A stretch of DNA of 64,000 nucleotides from Dimorphilus gyrociliatus (GCA_904063045.1 CAJFCJ010000005.1:2536165-2600164), one strand, 5' to 3'. Positions 22,352 through 34,143 are shown, counted from the stretch's first letter. Numbers and translations are program-made. Notes: generated from the letters alone by a model not told the origin.

Positions 22352-23815
22352 ATGATTTCTTCGCAACATACGCTTAATGAGGAGGATGTCGAATGCGCTA
22401 TCTGCTTGGATAAATGGCTTGAAAAAGATTCTAGAGTGTTAGCCTGCCAACATATATTCTGTTTAAAGTGCCTTAGACAATTTGAAGATAACGGAGCGAA
22501 TATTTCGTGCTCAATTTGTCGTACGGAAACGCCCATTCCAAGCGGAGGAGTAGAGAAACTCCCTGAGAAATTGATAAAAAACTCTTCAAAAAAAGTTGAA
22601 AATAATACTAGACTTTGCTTAAAACATGAAAGAGACGCTATTCAACCATACATCTATTGTAAATGTTGCGAAACTAGCAATCTATGCGAAATTTGTATTG
22701 AAAACGATCATCTAAATGATAATTGTGAAATTTTACTGGAAAAATCACTAAATGAAATTAAACAATCAATTGAAGAATACAAAGATAATGAAAAATTAAA
22801 TATGCAAAAATTAATGGATGAAATTAGGGAATTAGAAGAAGATTGTTATAAAAAGATAACAGAAAGATGCGGAGAGATAAGAGGAAAGATTAAAGAATTT
22901 TATCAAAGGAAATATACAGATTATGATTATTTAAAATCAAGAGAAGATATTCTAACAAAACAAAACGATTTAACTAATCGATTAAAAGAATTGGAAAAGG
23001 AAAAATTGAATATTCATAAAACGGTTAATATATCAATTGAATATGAATTCAACGTAAATATGTTAGAAGATTCAGAATTGAAGAAAAAGAAACTTGTTTG
23101 TCTTCGACAGTTTAAAATACAAAATTCATTTCTGTATTTTAATGAAAGGGGATACTATTCCACAAAGAACGTTCACAAAAACATGAGTATTATATATAAA
23201 ACCTTTGAAGATGGAAAGGATAATAATGAAATTCTTGTACAAGGTTTTAAACAAAGATTTATGACGGATAGATACTTTTTTGGAATAGCTCAAAATGATG
23301 GACGATTATACGTTTCCCCAACAAATAGCCTCGATAAATTACAATGTTTAAGAGTAAATGAATGCTATCTAACGTATAGATCAATATGGGCTGTTGGAGA
23401 AGATCTTTTCTCACAAAGTTATATAATTGCCGAGAATATGGTTGGAGATTTGGATTTCTTTATTGGAGAAAAATATAAAAGAAGCTTTTCCGGAAACGAT
23501 ATTTCTAAAATATGTCTTTTATCAAATGGTAATATAATAATCCAAAAGATCAATGAACTATTAATGGTAGATAGAGAAACTAATGAAATATTAAAACGAA
23601 GTGAAATCTATGGTTTTAAAAATATGTGTAATTTCCCTCAAACTGGATTATTAATTCTTTTACAAAATAAAGAAATGTACTTATACGATTATAACTTTCA
23701 AAGAGTACAAAAAATGGAATGCTATCCATACGTTTTGGGTATTACTAACACTGGGTGTCTATGCATTCCCAAAGGAATACCAGTGAAAGAGGCTATGATT
23801 TATAAATTTGAATAA
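22352..23815 (+). CDS. TRIM-like RBCC + propeller (closest propeller relative of the 20491 locus)
   Basis: RING CAICLDKW..VLACQHIFCLKCL..CSICR..PSGGVEKLP; B-box CLKH..CKCC..LCEICIENDHLNDNC; shares AxNxVGDLDF(F/Y) with 20491. Confidence 0.92.
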   Translation: MISSQHTLNEEDVECAICLDKWLEKDSRVLACQHIFCLKCLRQFEDNGANISCSICRTETPIPSGGVEKLPEKLIKNSSKKVENNTRLCLKHERDAIQPYIYCKCCETSNLCEICIENDHLNDNCEILLEKSLNEIKQSIEEYKDNEKLNMQKLMDEIRELEEDCYKKITERCGEIRGKIKEFYQRKYTDYDYLKSREDILTKQNDLTNRLKELEKEKLNIHKTVNISIEYEFNVNMLEDSELKKKKLVCLRQFKIQNSFLYFNERGYYSTKNVHKNMSIIYKTFEDGKDNNEILVQGFKQRFMTDRYFFGIAQNDGRLYVSPTNSLDKLQCLRVNECYLTYRSIWAVGEDLFSQSYIIAENMVGDLDFFIGEKYKRSFSGNDISKICLLSNGNIIIQKINELLMVDRETNEILKRSEIYGFKNMCNFPQTGLLILLQNKEMYLYDYNFQRVQKMECYPYVLGITNTGCLCIPKGIPVKEAMIYKFE

Positions 23816-23931
23816 TTGTTATTTTACTATTTTACTGGATAATTATTCATTCGTAAGAAGAACTTTGGCATTTTGTTTGTATTTGAAATTTAAAGGATTA
23901 AAGTTAATTATCTAATTACATCATCAAAAAA

Positions 23932-24771
23932 ATGTCAAAATTATCATTAAAAAATCATTTATTATTGATTAATAAGGAAAATAGTAAAAAATTGATTCAT
24001 TTAAGAACTATAAATGATTTTATCGGCTATGGAATATGTATGTCTGTACAAGGTTTCTACTATTTCGCTTATTTTTCAATGAAAACTAAAACCATAATCT
24101 ATCAACCTTACTGTCAAAATGAGGAAATTAGAGAAATTTCCTTCAACACTGATATATCTGATTTTACTGTAACAAGAAATTATATTTATGTTAAAAGTTA
24201 TCCATTAAATTTACTATTGTATGGTAAACTTTCGTACGGAACTTTAATTCCATTAATATCAATGGAATATGTAATAAATAAACTAATTACGGCAATAGAC
24301 ATAAACGACATAAATGAAAGATATTTGTTAATAATGAAGGAATATGATAATTTATATTTCTTTAAAAATAATCTACTTGTATGGAGAAACAACGATTTTA
24401 ATCATATTTGTAATGCTTCTATATGTAGTAACGGAAATGTAATTGTAATGCAAAGAGACTATAAATTAGTTATAATCGATAGAAATAATGGTATTAAATT
24501 AAATAATATTTGTTATTATTCTTTTAATCAAAGCTATGTTCGTATAAATTGTCTTCCTTCTAATAATTTTCTCTTATTAACTAAAAATAAAGCGAAGAAT
24601 TCAAGTAAAAACAATGAATTGTATTTTATAAATAAAGGAAATTTTAGACAAGAGAAATTATTGTTTAAAGGTGAAATTAAAGATGTTTATTGTTCAATTA
24701 GTAATAATTATATAATATTAAGATATAAGTCATATAGTCGACTGGAAATTTGTAGAATTGAATATGAATAA
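23932..24771 (+). CDS. Propeller-only TRIM-derived ORF (279 aa)
   Basis: Aligns by eye with the C-terminal half of 28517..30013 (REIxFNxxISDFTVTRNYIY; CISxNGNxI); no RING or B-box; only 116 bp after the previous stop codon. Confidence 0.6.
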   Translation: MSKLSLKNHLLLINKENSKKLIHLRTINDFIGYGICMSVQGFYYFAYFSMKTKTIIYQPYCQNEEIREISFNTDISDFTVTRNYIYVKSYPLNLLLYGKLSYGTLIPLISMEYVINKLITAIDINDINERYLLIMKEYDNLYFFKNNLLVWRNNDFNHICNASICSNGNVIVMQRDYKLVIIDRNNGIKLNNICYYSFNQSYVRINCLPSNNFLLLTKNKAKNSSKNNELYFINKGNFRQEKLLFKGEIKDVYCSISNNYIILRYKSYSRLEICRIEYE

Positions 24772-24789
24772 ACGGCTCTTCTTGTATGG

Positions 24790-25585
24790 GAAGATGGAAG
24801 TTGTTGTATGTTTTGGTGGGACATTTCATAACGTCTATGAGAAATGCAAGATAATCATCGGAATTTAGAGTTAGTACCCCTGTTTCCTTCCTCTGAATAA
24901 GAGGTGAAGACAAAGTACCTGACAAAGTTTATTAAAATACAAATATGTATCTGTTCAACATTCTATTCAAACATACCAATTATAATATACTAATACAGTT
25001 TCAAATTGCTTCCTTTTAACATCATTTCAACTTCTCTACCATCAATTTCTCCCTTTTTTTCTCTAATGAAGCTTAACGCCAAATCTTGAATTCTTGAAAA
25101 CAATGTTAAAATAGACAAAGATAAATATTCATCACGAAAACAACTATTGTGACATTAGCATGAATAATATCCCTCTCGCGTAGGTAGTTTAAGGTAGATG
25201 AAATATTCATCAGAAACTCTTCTTTGTCACTACATCCTCCCTATTTTAACATTTGTCTTAGATCAAATTCTGTAATCTCATAAACAGCGAGTTGCTTCTT
25301 AGCATGACCAGAAGAAAAAGGATAAGGATAGTTCAAAAATTATGGACATGATACAAACATTTAATTGGAATCAAAAAATACTCTATCCTTCCAAATTTTG
25401 CTTTCAATATCATTTAAAGTTGCCATCTTTTTCATTCTGTTCTTCCTTCTTGGATTCTCTTACAACAAATACATTTGAATATTTTCCGAAGGAAAGTTCT
25501 TTGACAATCTTATAATTCCATATTTCCATTCCAATATTGCTTGAACACTCTGATTTATCTTCATTATAAGTAATATCATCAGTAT
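24790..25585 (-). pseudogene. Protein kinase pseudogene fragment
   Basis: Manual translation: YKIVKELSFGKYSNVFVVRE (subdomain I, ~25470-25520), LAVYEITEFDLRQMLK*, FLMNISSTLNYLRERDIIHANV (VIa/VIb, HRD->HAN, ~25150-25225), TLNSDDYLAF (IX-like). Contains in-frame stops and frameshifts. Confidence 0.6.
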
Positions 25586-26450
25586 CCTACTATGAAATTT
25601 TGAGTTCTAGTTAATTTTTATACTCAACTGCTAAATAAGTCAATATGCTTCTAATGAATGCAATGTATATTCTAATGAATAATAAATGCTTAACGAACTC
25701 TACTTTATCTTTAATCTTATACCGATTAAAAACGGATTAAGCACAACTAACCTCTCTTTTTTCAGTCACCCAAAAAAAGACGCTGTATCTTTTGTTGCTT
25801 AAAGATAAAAGTAGAATGAAGTAGTTGTACTATGTTCACGAAATTTTTCACATTCAGAGATTGTTTATGGATAGTGTTGATCAAGTATGTCTTCGAATAA
25901 AAGTAACAATATAATTATAAAATATCAATTCAATCATGAAAATCATCTATTTATATTGGAAAATATCAAAGTAAATTTCAACTAAATCATATAATAGAGA
26001 AAAATAGTGAAAATATGGTTATTTTCTAATTGTCCAATCACAGTCAACTATTTCATTTTTTTCCATGTGGTTAGCAGAATTTGGACATTGCATCATACCA
26101 CTCTAAAAATTTGCTAAATGTCAACTTCAAGGTATTTCTTTAACTTTTTAATGTAATCTACCATATTTTTTGATTAAATAAAATATACAATTTGATCGAA
26201 ATTGTTTTATTAAAATCAAAATTTTTATTAGTTATTATCCATTTTTTTTGTCTAAATATTATCGTGAAATATTAAAATTTTAGTTGGGGAATATAGGACC
26301 AGATTATTCCAATCATTGGGCGTTCAACGTGCCTTACAGAGAACTGTTTAGGTAAATAGCTTAATAGAATGAATGTATATATTAATTTTAGGATATTTTC
26401 TAGGAAAAATTAACATAAATGACGAATATCAGTTTCTTTTTCCAAAAGAT

Positions 26451-27956
26451 ATGACTACTACTCAGTATACGATTGATTCAAGCGACTTGCAATGTGCGAT
26501 ATGTTTAGAACCGTGGGTTAATAAGGACCCTAGAATGCTTCCCTGTCAGCATACTTTTTGCCTTTCGTGTCTTATTATTCAGGAGAAGGATAACAAAATT
26601 GTTTGCGCTATCTGCCGTACACCCCTTCTTTTGCCTGAAGGAGGAGCGCCCCATCTGGCTAAGAATATCTTTTTCAATCGTATAAAAGAGATAAGAAACG
26701 AATTAGATATTTGTAAAAAACATGATAAAGAGCTGTTAAATCCTACTTTCTTTTGTAGAACATGCTGTACTAGAGTATACTGTTTCGATTGTCTCCAATT
26801 AGATCATTCTCTTTCAGAATGTAGAGTATTTTCTCACGAAGCCGTTAAGAAATTGAACATAAAATGCTTTGAAACGATTAATCAGCAAAGAGAAAATAAT
26901 ACTAGAAGTTTAGAAATGATTCTGGAAAAATTCACAGAACACAAGAAATCGGCTCATGAATTGTTAGATAAAAAATATAGGGAAACCGAAATGAAAATAA
27001 AGGAATACTTTGGAAATAGGGAACATGAGTTATGCTCTTTTATCGATCGAACAGATGATATATTTGTTAAGGAGAAATTGTTCAACAACTATTTAAAAAA
27101 GATTTCAACGGAAAATATTGTTATTGACGAAACACAAGAGTTGGCCATAGACCATTATATTCGCGTAATAGATAAGGCTAACAATACTTCTATTGGACCA
27201 TTTAAGAGACATCTTCTACGTTTAAGGGATGATGAAAATATTTCCGGTTCTAGAGTAAGTCTATCATGCAACGGAACTTATTACTTTTCTGATACAGGCT
27301 TATTCCAAAAAGTGCTCAATTTTCAAACATTCACCAGCGAAGAAAACTATTCTATTCAAATGAATTTGGAAGCGTCTGATGTTTATGTTACTAGAAGTTA
27401 TATATTTGCACTTAACGCAAATAGTAAACTCTTATACTGTGCTCAGAAAAATAATAATTTTATTACCCTAGAGGAATACGCCAACGATTCATGTAAGATA
27501 CTGTCAATTAAGCAAAACGTTCACGATGTTAACGTATTGGTTATGAAATGTTCTAATGAGCTTTGTCAGTATGAAAATAGTGATTTTCTATGGTCAAAGC
27601 AAAATTATAATGATCTGGTAGATGCTACCCATTTTGAAAATGGAAACGCTTTAGTTGTATTAAAAAGTCATATGCTAATAGAACACGAGTTTAGAACTGG
27701 TAATCAAATCAGAGCTTTTCCTTCTCGCGGTCTGTGTCAAATTACTTCAATAAGTAATCAAGGTATTTTACTTTTATTTGAGAATAAAGAAGATGGTAGA
27801 GATGACAAAAAGATCTTATATTACGCTGACGAAAATTTTAGTCAACATAAATTACTGGATGGAGATATAGAGAGAATTCATTCGACAAGAGAATCTAATC
27901 ATGTTTATGTAAAATTCGCCTCGACTGATGCATTATGTATATTCAAATTGATATAA
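26451..27956 (+). CDS. TRIM-like RBCC + propeller
   Basis: RING CAICLEPW..PRMLPCQHTFCLSCL..CAICR; B-box CKKH..CRTC..YCFDCLQLDHSLSEC. Start set at MTTTQY (26451). Confidence 0.92.
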   Translation: MTTTQYTIDSSDLQCAICLEPWVNKDPRMLPCQHTFCLSCLIIQEKDNKIVCAICRTPLLLPEGGAPHLAKNIFFNRIKEIRNELDICKKHDKELLNPTFFCRTCCTRVYCFDCLQLDHSLSECRVFSHEAVKKLNIKCFETINQQRENNTRSLEMILEKFTEHKKSAHELLDKKYRETEMKIKEYFGNREHELCSFIDRTDDIFVKEKLFNNYLKKISTENIVIDETQELAIDHYIRVIDKANNTSIGPFKRHLLRLRDDENISGSRVSLSCNGTYYFSDTGLFQKVLNFQTFTSEENYSIQMNLEASDVYVTRSYIFALNANSKLLYCAQKNNNFITLEEYANDSCKILSIKQNVHDVNVLVMKCSNELCQYENSDFLWSKQNYNDLVDATHFENGNALVVLKSHMLIEHEFRTGNQIRAFPSRGLCQITSISNQGILLLFENKEDGRDDKKILYYADENFSQHKLLDGDIERIHSTRESNHVYVKFASTDALCIFKLI

Positions 27957-28516
27957 AATTATAATTGGAAATATTCAGTTGAATTATGCGCAAGTTGTAT
28001 ATCTATTTATATTGTTTGTATTAACTGTAAGGAGGTTGTTAATTAAATAAATATTACAAGTTAGTTTAATTAAAGAGAATGGCCGATAAAAGAGATTGTA
28101 TTAATTATTCCTTCTTTCGTTTAGTTTGAAAAATATCGTATACTTGTACCATTCGAAAATCGTATGAAATTCTTAATGAGTACATTAGATTTATGTTAAT
28201 GAAGGATATATGATTGTATAGTAACTTAATTGGCATATATCACAATTGTAGAAGGAATATATATATGTATTAGTAAATACACTGTATATTTCTGTAAATA
28301 CAAATGAAAGATTGCGAAACGAAAATAATACAGTGTCCATAGTTAGGACTCCGTAATGTATTTGTAAATTGATAGGCTCAACAAAAATATTCTCCGGGCA
28401 GAGATATCAACAAAAACCCACTGGAGCTGAAATTTGAATGAATATTTTCATTAAATGATGGTTAACAAACAATACTCTTCGATTATCAATTAGATTTCTA
28501 CTTATCGATTTTTGAT

Positions 28517-30013
28517 ATGACTAATCATCAATATACTATTAAGCAAGAGGATTTAGAGTGCTCAATTTGTCTCGGCTCATGGGTAAATAGAGATCCAAGA
28601 ACTCTCCCCTGTCAGCATACCTATTGTTTCGATTGCATTCAGTTTATCGAGCAATTCGATAGGATCACTTGCGCTCTTTGCTGCAAAAGGATACGTGTTC
28701 CGGATGGAGGTATTGAAAACCTACCAAAAAATCTCTTTGTGAATAAATTGGCAGAGGTAAAAAGTGATCACGAAGTATGTAGAAAGCATAACAAAGAGGT
28801 GATAGAGCCGATATTCTTTTGTAAAAAATGTAATATAAAAGTGTTATGCTCCCGTTGTATTGAAGAGGATCACCTGGATATTGATTGTAATCTTATAGCT
28901 CATAAAATTATCAAAGACTTGAATCAGAAATGCAAAAATTCAATAGATAAACAAAGGAGTATTGATAAAAAGAATATGAACAACTTATTAAAAAAAGTTG
29001 ATAATCACAAAAGAAATTGTTATGAAATTTTGGAAAGAAAATTCAATGAAATTGAACGAAAAATACGAAAATATTTCGACAAGAGAGAAGTTAATTTTAA
29101 TAATTTCTATTTGGAACAAGAAACAATATTTACTAAGGAGAAACAATTGAATGATTACTTAGCAAAGTTATCGAAAGAGGAGTTAAGTGTAGACGAATTA
29201 CCTGAGATAAGTATCAATTACGATTTAAAAATTACCGATCTTCCTAATCTATTACAAAACTCGAAACAAAAGACTCTAGTGAATTTTGGAGACAGAGAAA
29301 TATTCTTTGGATCTAAAATTCATATGACTATCGATGGTATATACTTTTTAGCGTATTTCTCATTAGAAGATAAAACTATTCTCTTTAAACCATTTTCTGG
29401 AGGAAAAAATCGAGAAATTCACTTTAATAGAGAAATTTCTGATTTTACAGTTACAAGAAATTATATTTATATATTTTGTAATAACGTTCATACTTTATAT
29501 CTTTCTCGGATAGTTTTTGGAAAAATATCCATTTTGGAGGTAATATCTGAAAATATTTTGAAATTATTCTCTGCTGTTGAAAATGAAAACAATGATACAT
29601 TTCTATTAGCTTTGAACGAAGATAATGATCTTTGCTATTTTGTTAATAATGAGATAAAATGGAAGAAAGATATTATTGAAAATCTTTCGGATGGTTGTAT
29701 CTCTTGTAATGGTAATCCTATATTAATTGAGGATAAGAAAACTTTAGTAGTACTCGATAAGCGCAATGGTGAAACAATAAGAATAATTCAATGTCCAGGA
29801 TTTATTCAAATGAGCCCCGTACCTTCCAATGGTCTTTTAATATTATATCATAAACGTAATAAGCAGAAAATCTTGTATCATTTTGCAGAAGACCATTATC
29901 AGCAAGAGTTGTTTAGAGGAGATGTTATAAATTTCTATGCATCTAACGAAACGAATAATATTATTTTCAGAACTGGATCATTCAATGAAATTCAGTTATG
30001 TAAACTGGAATAA
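28517..30013 (+). CDS. TRIM-like RBCC + propeller
   Basis: RING CSICLGSW..PRTLPCQHTYCFDCI..CALC..PDGGIENLPKN; B-box CRKH..CKKC..LCSRCIEEDHLDIDC. Confidence 0.92.
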   Translation: MTNHQYTIKQEDLECSICLGSWVNRDPRTLPCQHTYCFDCIQFIEQFDRITCALCCKRIRVPDGGIENLPKNLFVNKLAEVKSDHEVCRKHNKEVIEPIFFCKKCNIKVLCSRCIEEDHLDIDCNLIAHKIIKDLNQKCKNSIDKQRSIDKKNMNNLLKKVDNHKRNCYEILERKFNEIERKIRKYFDKREVNFNNFYLEQETIFTKEKQLNDYLAKLSKEELSVDELPEISINYDLKITDLPNLLQNSKQKTLVNFGDREIFFGSKIHMTIDGIYFLAYFSLEDKTILFKPFSGGKNREIHFNREISDFTVTRNYIYIFCNNVHTLYLSRIVFGKISILEVISENILKLFSAVENENNDTFLLALNEDNDLCYFVNNEIKWKKDIIENLSDGCISCNGNPILIEDKKTLVVLDKRNGETIRIIQCPGFIQMSPVPSNGLLILYHKRNKQKILYHFAEDHYQQELFRGDVINFYASNETNNIIFRTGSFNEIQLCKLE

Positions 30014-30785
30014 AATTGACTTTCAATTGGTACTTTCTATATCCGTCTTCGTCTTCATCTCTTCGCTGAAACGTTCCCAAGTTTTTTAAAAGATGAACCT
30101 TTTATTATATTGTTTTTGTTTGTTTTCACTGTTTATCATTTTAATATTTTCTTAGCAAGCAACTTTTTTAGATATTTTACTACGAAAATGATTAAACTTA
30201 CGTAGTGAATTGTTTGTTTATTTGTTTTTTTAATATTGTTATGTTAAAGTAAAAAATCATTCATTACAATAAAAAGAAAGTAGTCAATTACAATTAGAAA
30301 CAAAACAAATCAAGTTACTAGTACGAATAGAGTTAATCGATATGCAACCTTTATAGACTATATTAATGGGACAGGTTATTTAAAAATAGCTAAATGCTAC
30401 TGATACTAAAATGGCATTTCTTATAAATTTTTGATAATGACAATTAAAATTGGATTTTTTCTCAAGATAGAGATTATCTAATCTTACTTATTTTTTCTTC
30501 CTTGTTTAGTGATAACGATCGAATAAAAATTTATTATCTAAGATATATTTTTAATTAAGTTCTCGTTTTAAACGAATTTGAAAAGGATTAGAACACATTT
30601 ATCAATTTTTTATTGATGAATATTGCAAGGTTAAGATACAATTAAGACAAAATGATTACGTATCAATAAAGATTAAAGAGTTCACGCTACAAAAGACTAA
30701 GTATGCATTCATAGACTAAAACAGATTTCTCTGTTGACTAATATTAGATTATAATAAATAAAACTTCTCTGTTCTATTTCTACTT

Positions 30786-32285
30786 TCATAATCTGAATAA
30801 TTTCATTCTCTTATCCGATCGAGCTTTAATAATTAATTCATTTGAATTTGCCGATGTAATGAGGTTCTGAATATCGGCATTAGCAAGCAACTTCATCTCA
30901 AAGGTTTCATCCATAAAGTGCAATGATATTTTATCACTCCGCTTAGTAGTATCAAATAAGCGTAGCAAAAATCCATTTGAAGGAAGAGACCAAATATTTG
31001 CGAAAGTCTGAAACTCAAAGGCTTTAAGTACGTTTCCAGTATATCTATCAAACACTATTAATGAACTTTTATTATCATTATCCGTAATGATTACAGGAAA
31101 GCCAGCATGACTTATACACGAATCATAAACATCGAAATTGCTTTCTAAAGTCCATTTTAGATTGTTATTCTCAAAGAAGCATAGTTTACCTTCTCTATTA
31201 GAACAGAGAATAAAGTATTCCCCTAAGCATTTTTCAGTTGCAGAATATAGGCTGTCGATAGATTGACCAATTTTTGCAAATTCCAAACGAGGCTTAGGAT
31301 GTGGAAATGGATTTTTAGACATACTTAAAGTGTACGATGATTTTTGTCGGATAAATACGTAATTACTTGTTATAACAAATTCGCCTGCGTCTGCTGTCAT
31401 TCTTGTCTCTTGAATATCTAGATTTGAAAACGAATAGTAATTGAGAAAAGTATCTCTCTTTTGCTTTTTGATAGTGTACATTGCATTGTTGCATAAACCA
31501 ACTGGAAAATCATGAACTCTGCTAAGTTCTCTCACAAGTGTCAATTTCTTTGGGGTTCTCGCCTTAGCGCCAAAACCGGCATGTATCTTAATAGCATATT
31601 TAACATCTAACATTGGTTCTAGAGAGAAGGACATTCTCTCTGTTGATAGCAGGCAAAGGTTACTATTCAATGATTTTCTGTTACTGTATAATTCATCAAT
31701 ATCTTGAATAAGGTTAGAGAATGTATTCTCTCTTTTCTTAAAAAAGCTTTTAATTTTTTTCTCCATTATTGAAAATTTATTCTCTAATTCGGTAAAGCAT
31801 CTCTCTTTATGATTTTTAAGGTCTTCCAAGAGCTCTGCTTTAAGATCACAGTCAGTGCTTCTTAGTTTTGCTATTGTTTTTTCACAGTCCTGCCTCGCTT
31901 CTTCGACAGGTTCGTACGATATTACATTGCAAGTTGATCTAGTATGACTATTCAGACATTCAACGCATTGCAATTTCGTACTGCAAGTTTTACAGAAAAG
32001 GATAGGATTACTTTCTTCTTTAAAGTGTTTGAAGCATTGTTTCACCGAAATCTCATCAATGTCCTTTGGAAAATCTGTAAGACTATGCCTTGAAAGATCA
32101 TCAGAGGATTTATCATCATCAATACAGATGGGACAATCCGAATCTTCATTTTCTCCAAGACATGAAGAACATAGCACATGTTTACAATCTAGACTTTTAA
32201 CGTTTTTGCCACTCAAAGACTTCTTGCACGAGTCGCAATTTTCATTGGCATTCATTATTTCACTATCAGACATAATTCTTCTCAA
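30786..32285 (-). CDS. TRIM-like protein with a divergent compact RING + B-box + coil + propeller
   Basis: RING CDSCKKSL..LDCKHVLCSSCL..CPIC lacks the conserved Trp and the post-CxxC Arg; B-box CFKH..CKTC..QCVECLNSH..C. Confidence 0.85.
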   Translation of the reverse strand: MRRIMSDSEIMNANENCDSCKKSLSGKNVKSLDCKHVLCSSCLGENEDSDCPICIDDDKSSDDLSRHSLTDFPKDIDEISVKQCFKHFKEESNPILFCKTCSTKLQCVECLNSHTRSTCNVISYEPVEEARQDCEKTIAKLRSTDCDLKAELLEDLKNHKERCFTELENKFSIMEKKIKSFFKKRENTFSNLIQDIDELYSNRKSLNSNLCLLSTERMSFSLEPMLDVKYAIKIHAGFGAKARTPKKLTLVRELSRVHDFPVGLCNNAMYTIKKQKRDTFLNYYSFSNLDIQETRMTADAGEFVITSNYVFIRQKSSYTLSMSKNPFPHPKPRLEFAKIGQSIDSLYSATEKCLGEYFILCSNREGKLCFFENNNLKWTLESNFDVYDSCISHAGFPVIITDNDNKSSLIVFDRYTGNVLKAFEFQTFANIWSLPSNGFLLRLFDTTKRSDKISLHFMDETFEMKLLANADIQNLITSANSNELIIKARSDKRMKLFRL

Positions 32286-32725
32286 GTCAATCTATTGCTA
32301 TTGAATAAAAAAATCAACTTTACCAACTTTACAGACTTATTTCTCTTTCAGGACGGGATATTAAGTGATTGAAAACTTTAAAATGGTCAACTAATATAGG
32401 GAAAATATTTACATCATCTTACGCTGATAAGTAAACACTTTATCATATGATAAAAGCCATAGATAATATCAATAGATGTTTTCTAGATTGATCTTCTTTT
32501 TTAGAATAGCTTATCTTGGAAGAGATAAGTTAACTGTTAGCCAATTCTTTCTCTATATCAACAAGATAATTAGTTGGCAAGGAAGTATAAAATTTTTTTA
32601 TATCTTCTATAACAATTTTGAAATTACCTAAAAGAAATTCAATTAAATCGTAAACATCTTACGAAATCATGAATAGGTTTATTAATAAGAAAAATGAATT
32701 AATGAATCTTAACACAAGATAGAAT

Positions 32726-34054
32726 CTATTCTAATTTAAAAATTTGAATTTGATTCGTTCTTTCATCTTTTACCAATAGCTTATTAGTAGTAGCTAATCC
32801 AATAGCTTTATGTATATTATCTTTATAAATAACTTTTTGATTATATAGTTTGTCAATAAAGAACAGGGATTTTTCATTTCTGTCGTTATCTTCCTTCACA
32901 GTTAAAATCATAGCATTCGAGGGAACAGCGCATATACCTGAAATGTTTTCGTACGCAATGATTCGCAATTCATCTCCATCCGTTTTGCTGAGTATCTTGA
33001 CAATATATGATTCGTCAAGAACAATACAATTCTCATTACTCAGTATACAACCCTCGCGAATATCACTATACACACGTTCTATATTCCATTTCTTTATGTT
33101 ATCGTGATAAAAGCACAGACTACCGGAAGTATCAACTAAAAGTAGATAGCTTTCTTTCTTTTCATTCTCAATAGCCGCAAACAACTTGAAAACATCGGAG
33201 ACAACCTCTGTAAACTTGATTAAACTTCCAAAAGGTTTTTTCGAATACATTAAAGTTATAGGTTTAGTAGCAAGAGCGTAGATACCACTTGCGGTTATCT
33301 TAAAATCAATTATTTTTGTACTAAGCTCGTATTTTTGAGTACTTCCGCCAAAAGATGGTTTAAAATATAGAAAGGAATTACTTAAGGTAAATCGATCGAA
33401 ATAGTAGATTCCATCGTCGCAAAAATATTCGCTACAGCCAGTAAAATGTTCGAATTTTGATAAGAACTTCAGGTTACCACGAAGACCATCAGGCGGATTT
33501 CTATAATCATCCTCTCCTATTTCTTGCAGATCAAATTCAATAAAGAATTCTGGAGCTCTCTTCATAGTTATATACTTGGATATATCTTTTTGTAGGTAGT
33601 TGTCTATTTTTTCCTTTATACTACCAGGTTTACTACGATATTTAGTAACTTGTAGTAAATATTCATTCTTCTTCGCGTAAAAATCTTTTATTTTCTTTTC
33701 AACATTGTCAAAATAGCTGTCCATCTTAATTAGACATTGGTTCTTGTATTCTTGTAACTTTGAAATTTCCTTGACGATTGCTTCGTTATTTTCCAACTTA
33801 ATGGTTCTAATTTCATGAGCAAATTTCTTATACCTTGATTTTACGATTTCGTATCGTAGAATTTCGCAATCACTTGTATTGTGCTCTTGAACGAGGCAAT
33901 CTTCGCAAAGTATTTTCGTGTAGCAGGTATCGCAGAAGAAAATAGGTTTAATTAAGTTCTTTTTATGCTTTGGACAACTAACTTCAATTTCCTTTGATTC
34001 TAAATCAGATGCTTCACAGATCACTGGGCTTAGAATATCTTCAGAACAATCCAT
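32726..34054 (-). CDS. RING-less B-box + coiled coil + propeller protein
   Basis: The ORF starts ~25 aa before the B-box CPKH..CDTC..LCEDCLVQEHNTSDC; no RING-like Cys pattern in the upstream sequence; propeller GCILSNENCIV. Confidence 0.82.
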   Translation of the reverse strand: MDCSEDILSPVICEASDLESKEIEVSCPKHKKNLIKPIFFCDTCYTKILCEDCLVQEHNTSDCEILRYEIVKSRYKKFAHEIRTIKLENNEAIVKEISKLQEYKNQCLIKMDSYFDNVEKKIKDFYAKKNEYLLQVTKYRSKPGSIKEKIDNYLQKDISKYITMKRAPEFFIEFDLQEIGEDDYRNPPDGLRGNLKFLSKFEHFTGCSEYFCDDGIYYFDRFTLSNSFLYFKPSFGGSTQKYELSTKIIDFKITASGIYALATKPITLMYSKKPFGSLIKFTEVVSDVFKLFAAIENEKKESYLLLVDTSGSLCFYHDNIKKWNIERVYSDIREGCILSNENCIVLDESYIVKILSKTDGDELRIIAYENISGICAVPSNAMILTVKEDNDRNEKSLFFIDKLYNQKVIYKDNIHKAIGLATTNKLLVKDERTNQIQIFKLE

Positions 34055-34143
34055 ATTTTGGTATTATTTTATATGCTAATTCAAGTACCTTCTCTTTGTA
34101 ATTTTTTTTTAATAAAAAAAAATATCTTTGAAAATTTTCAAAA

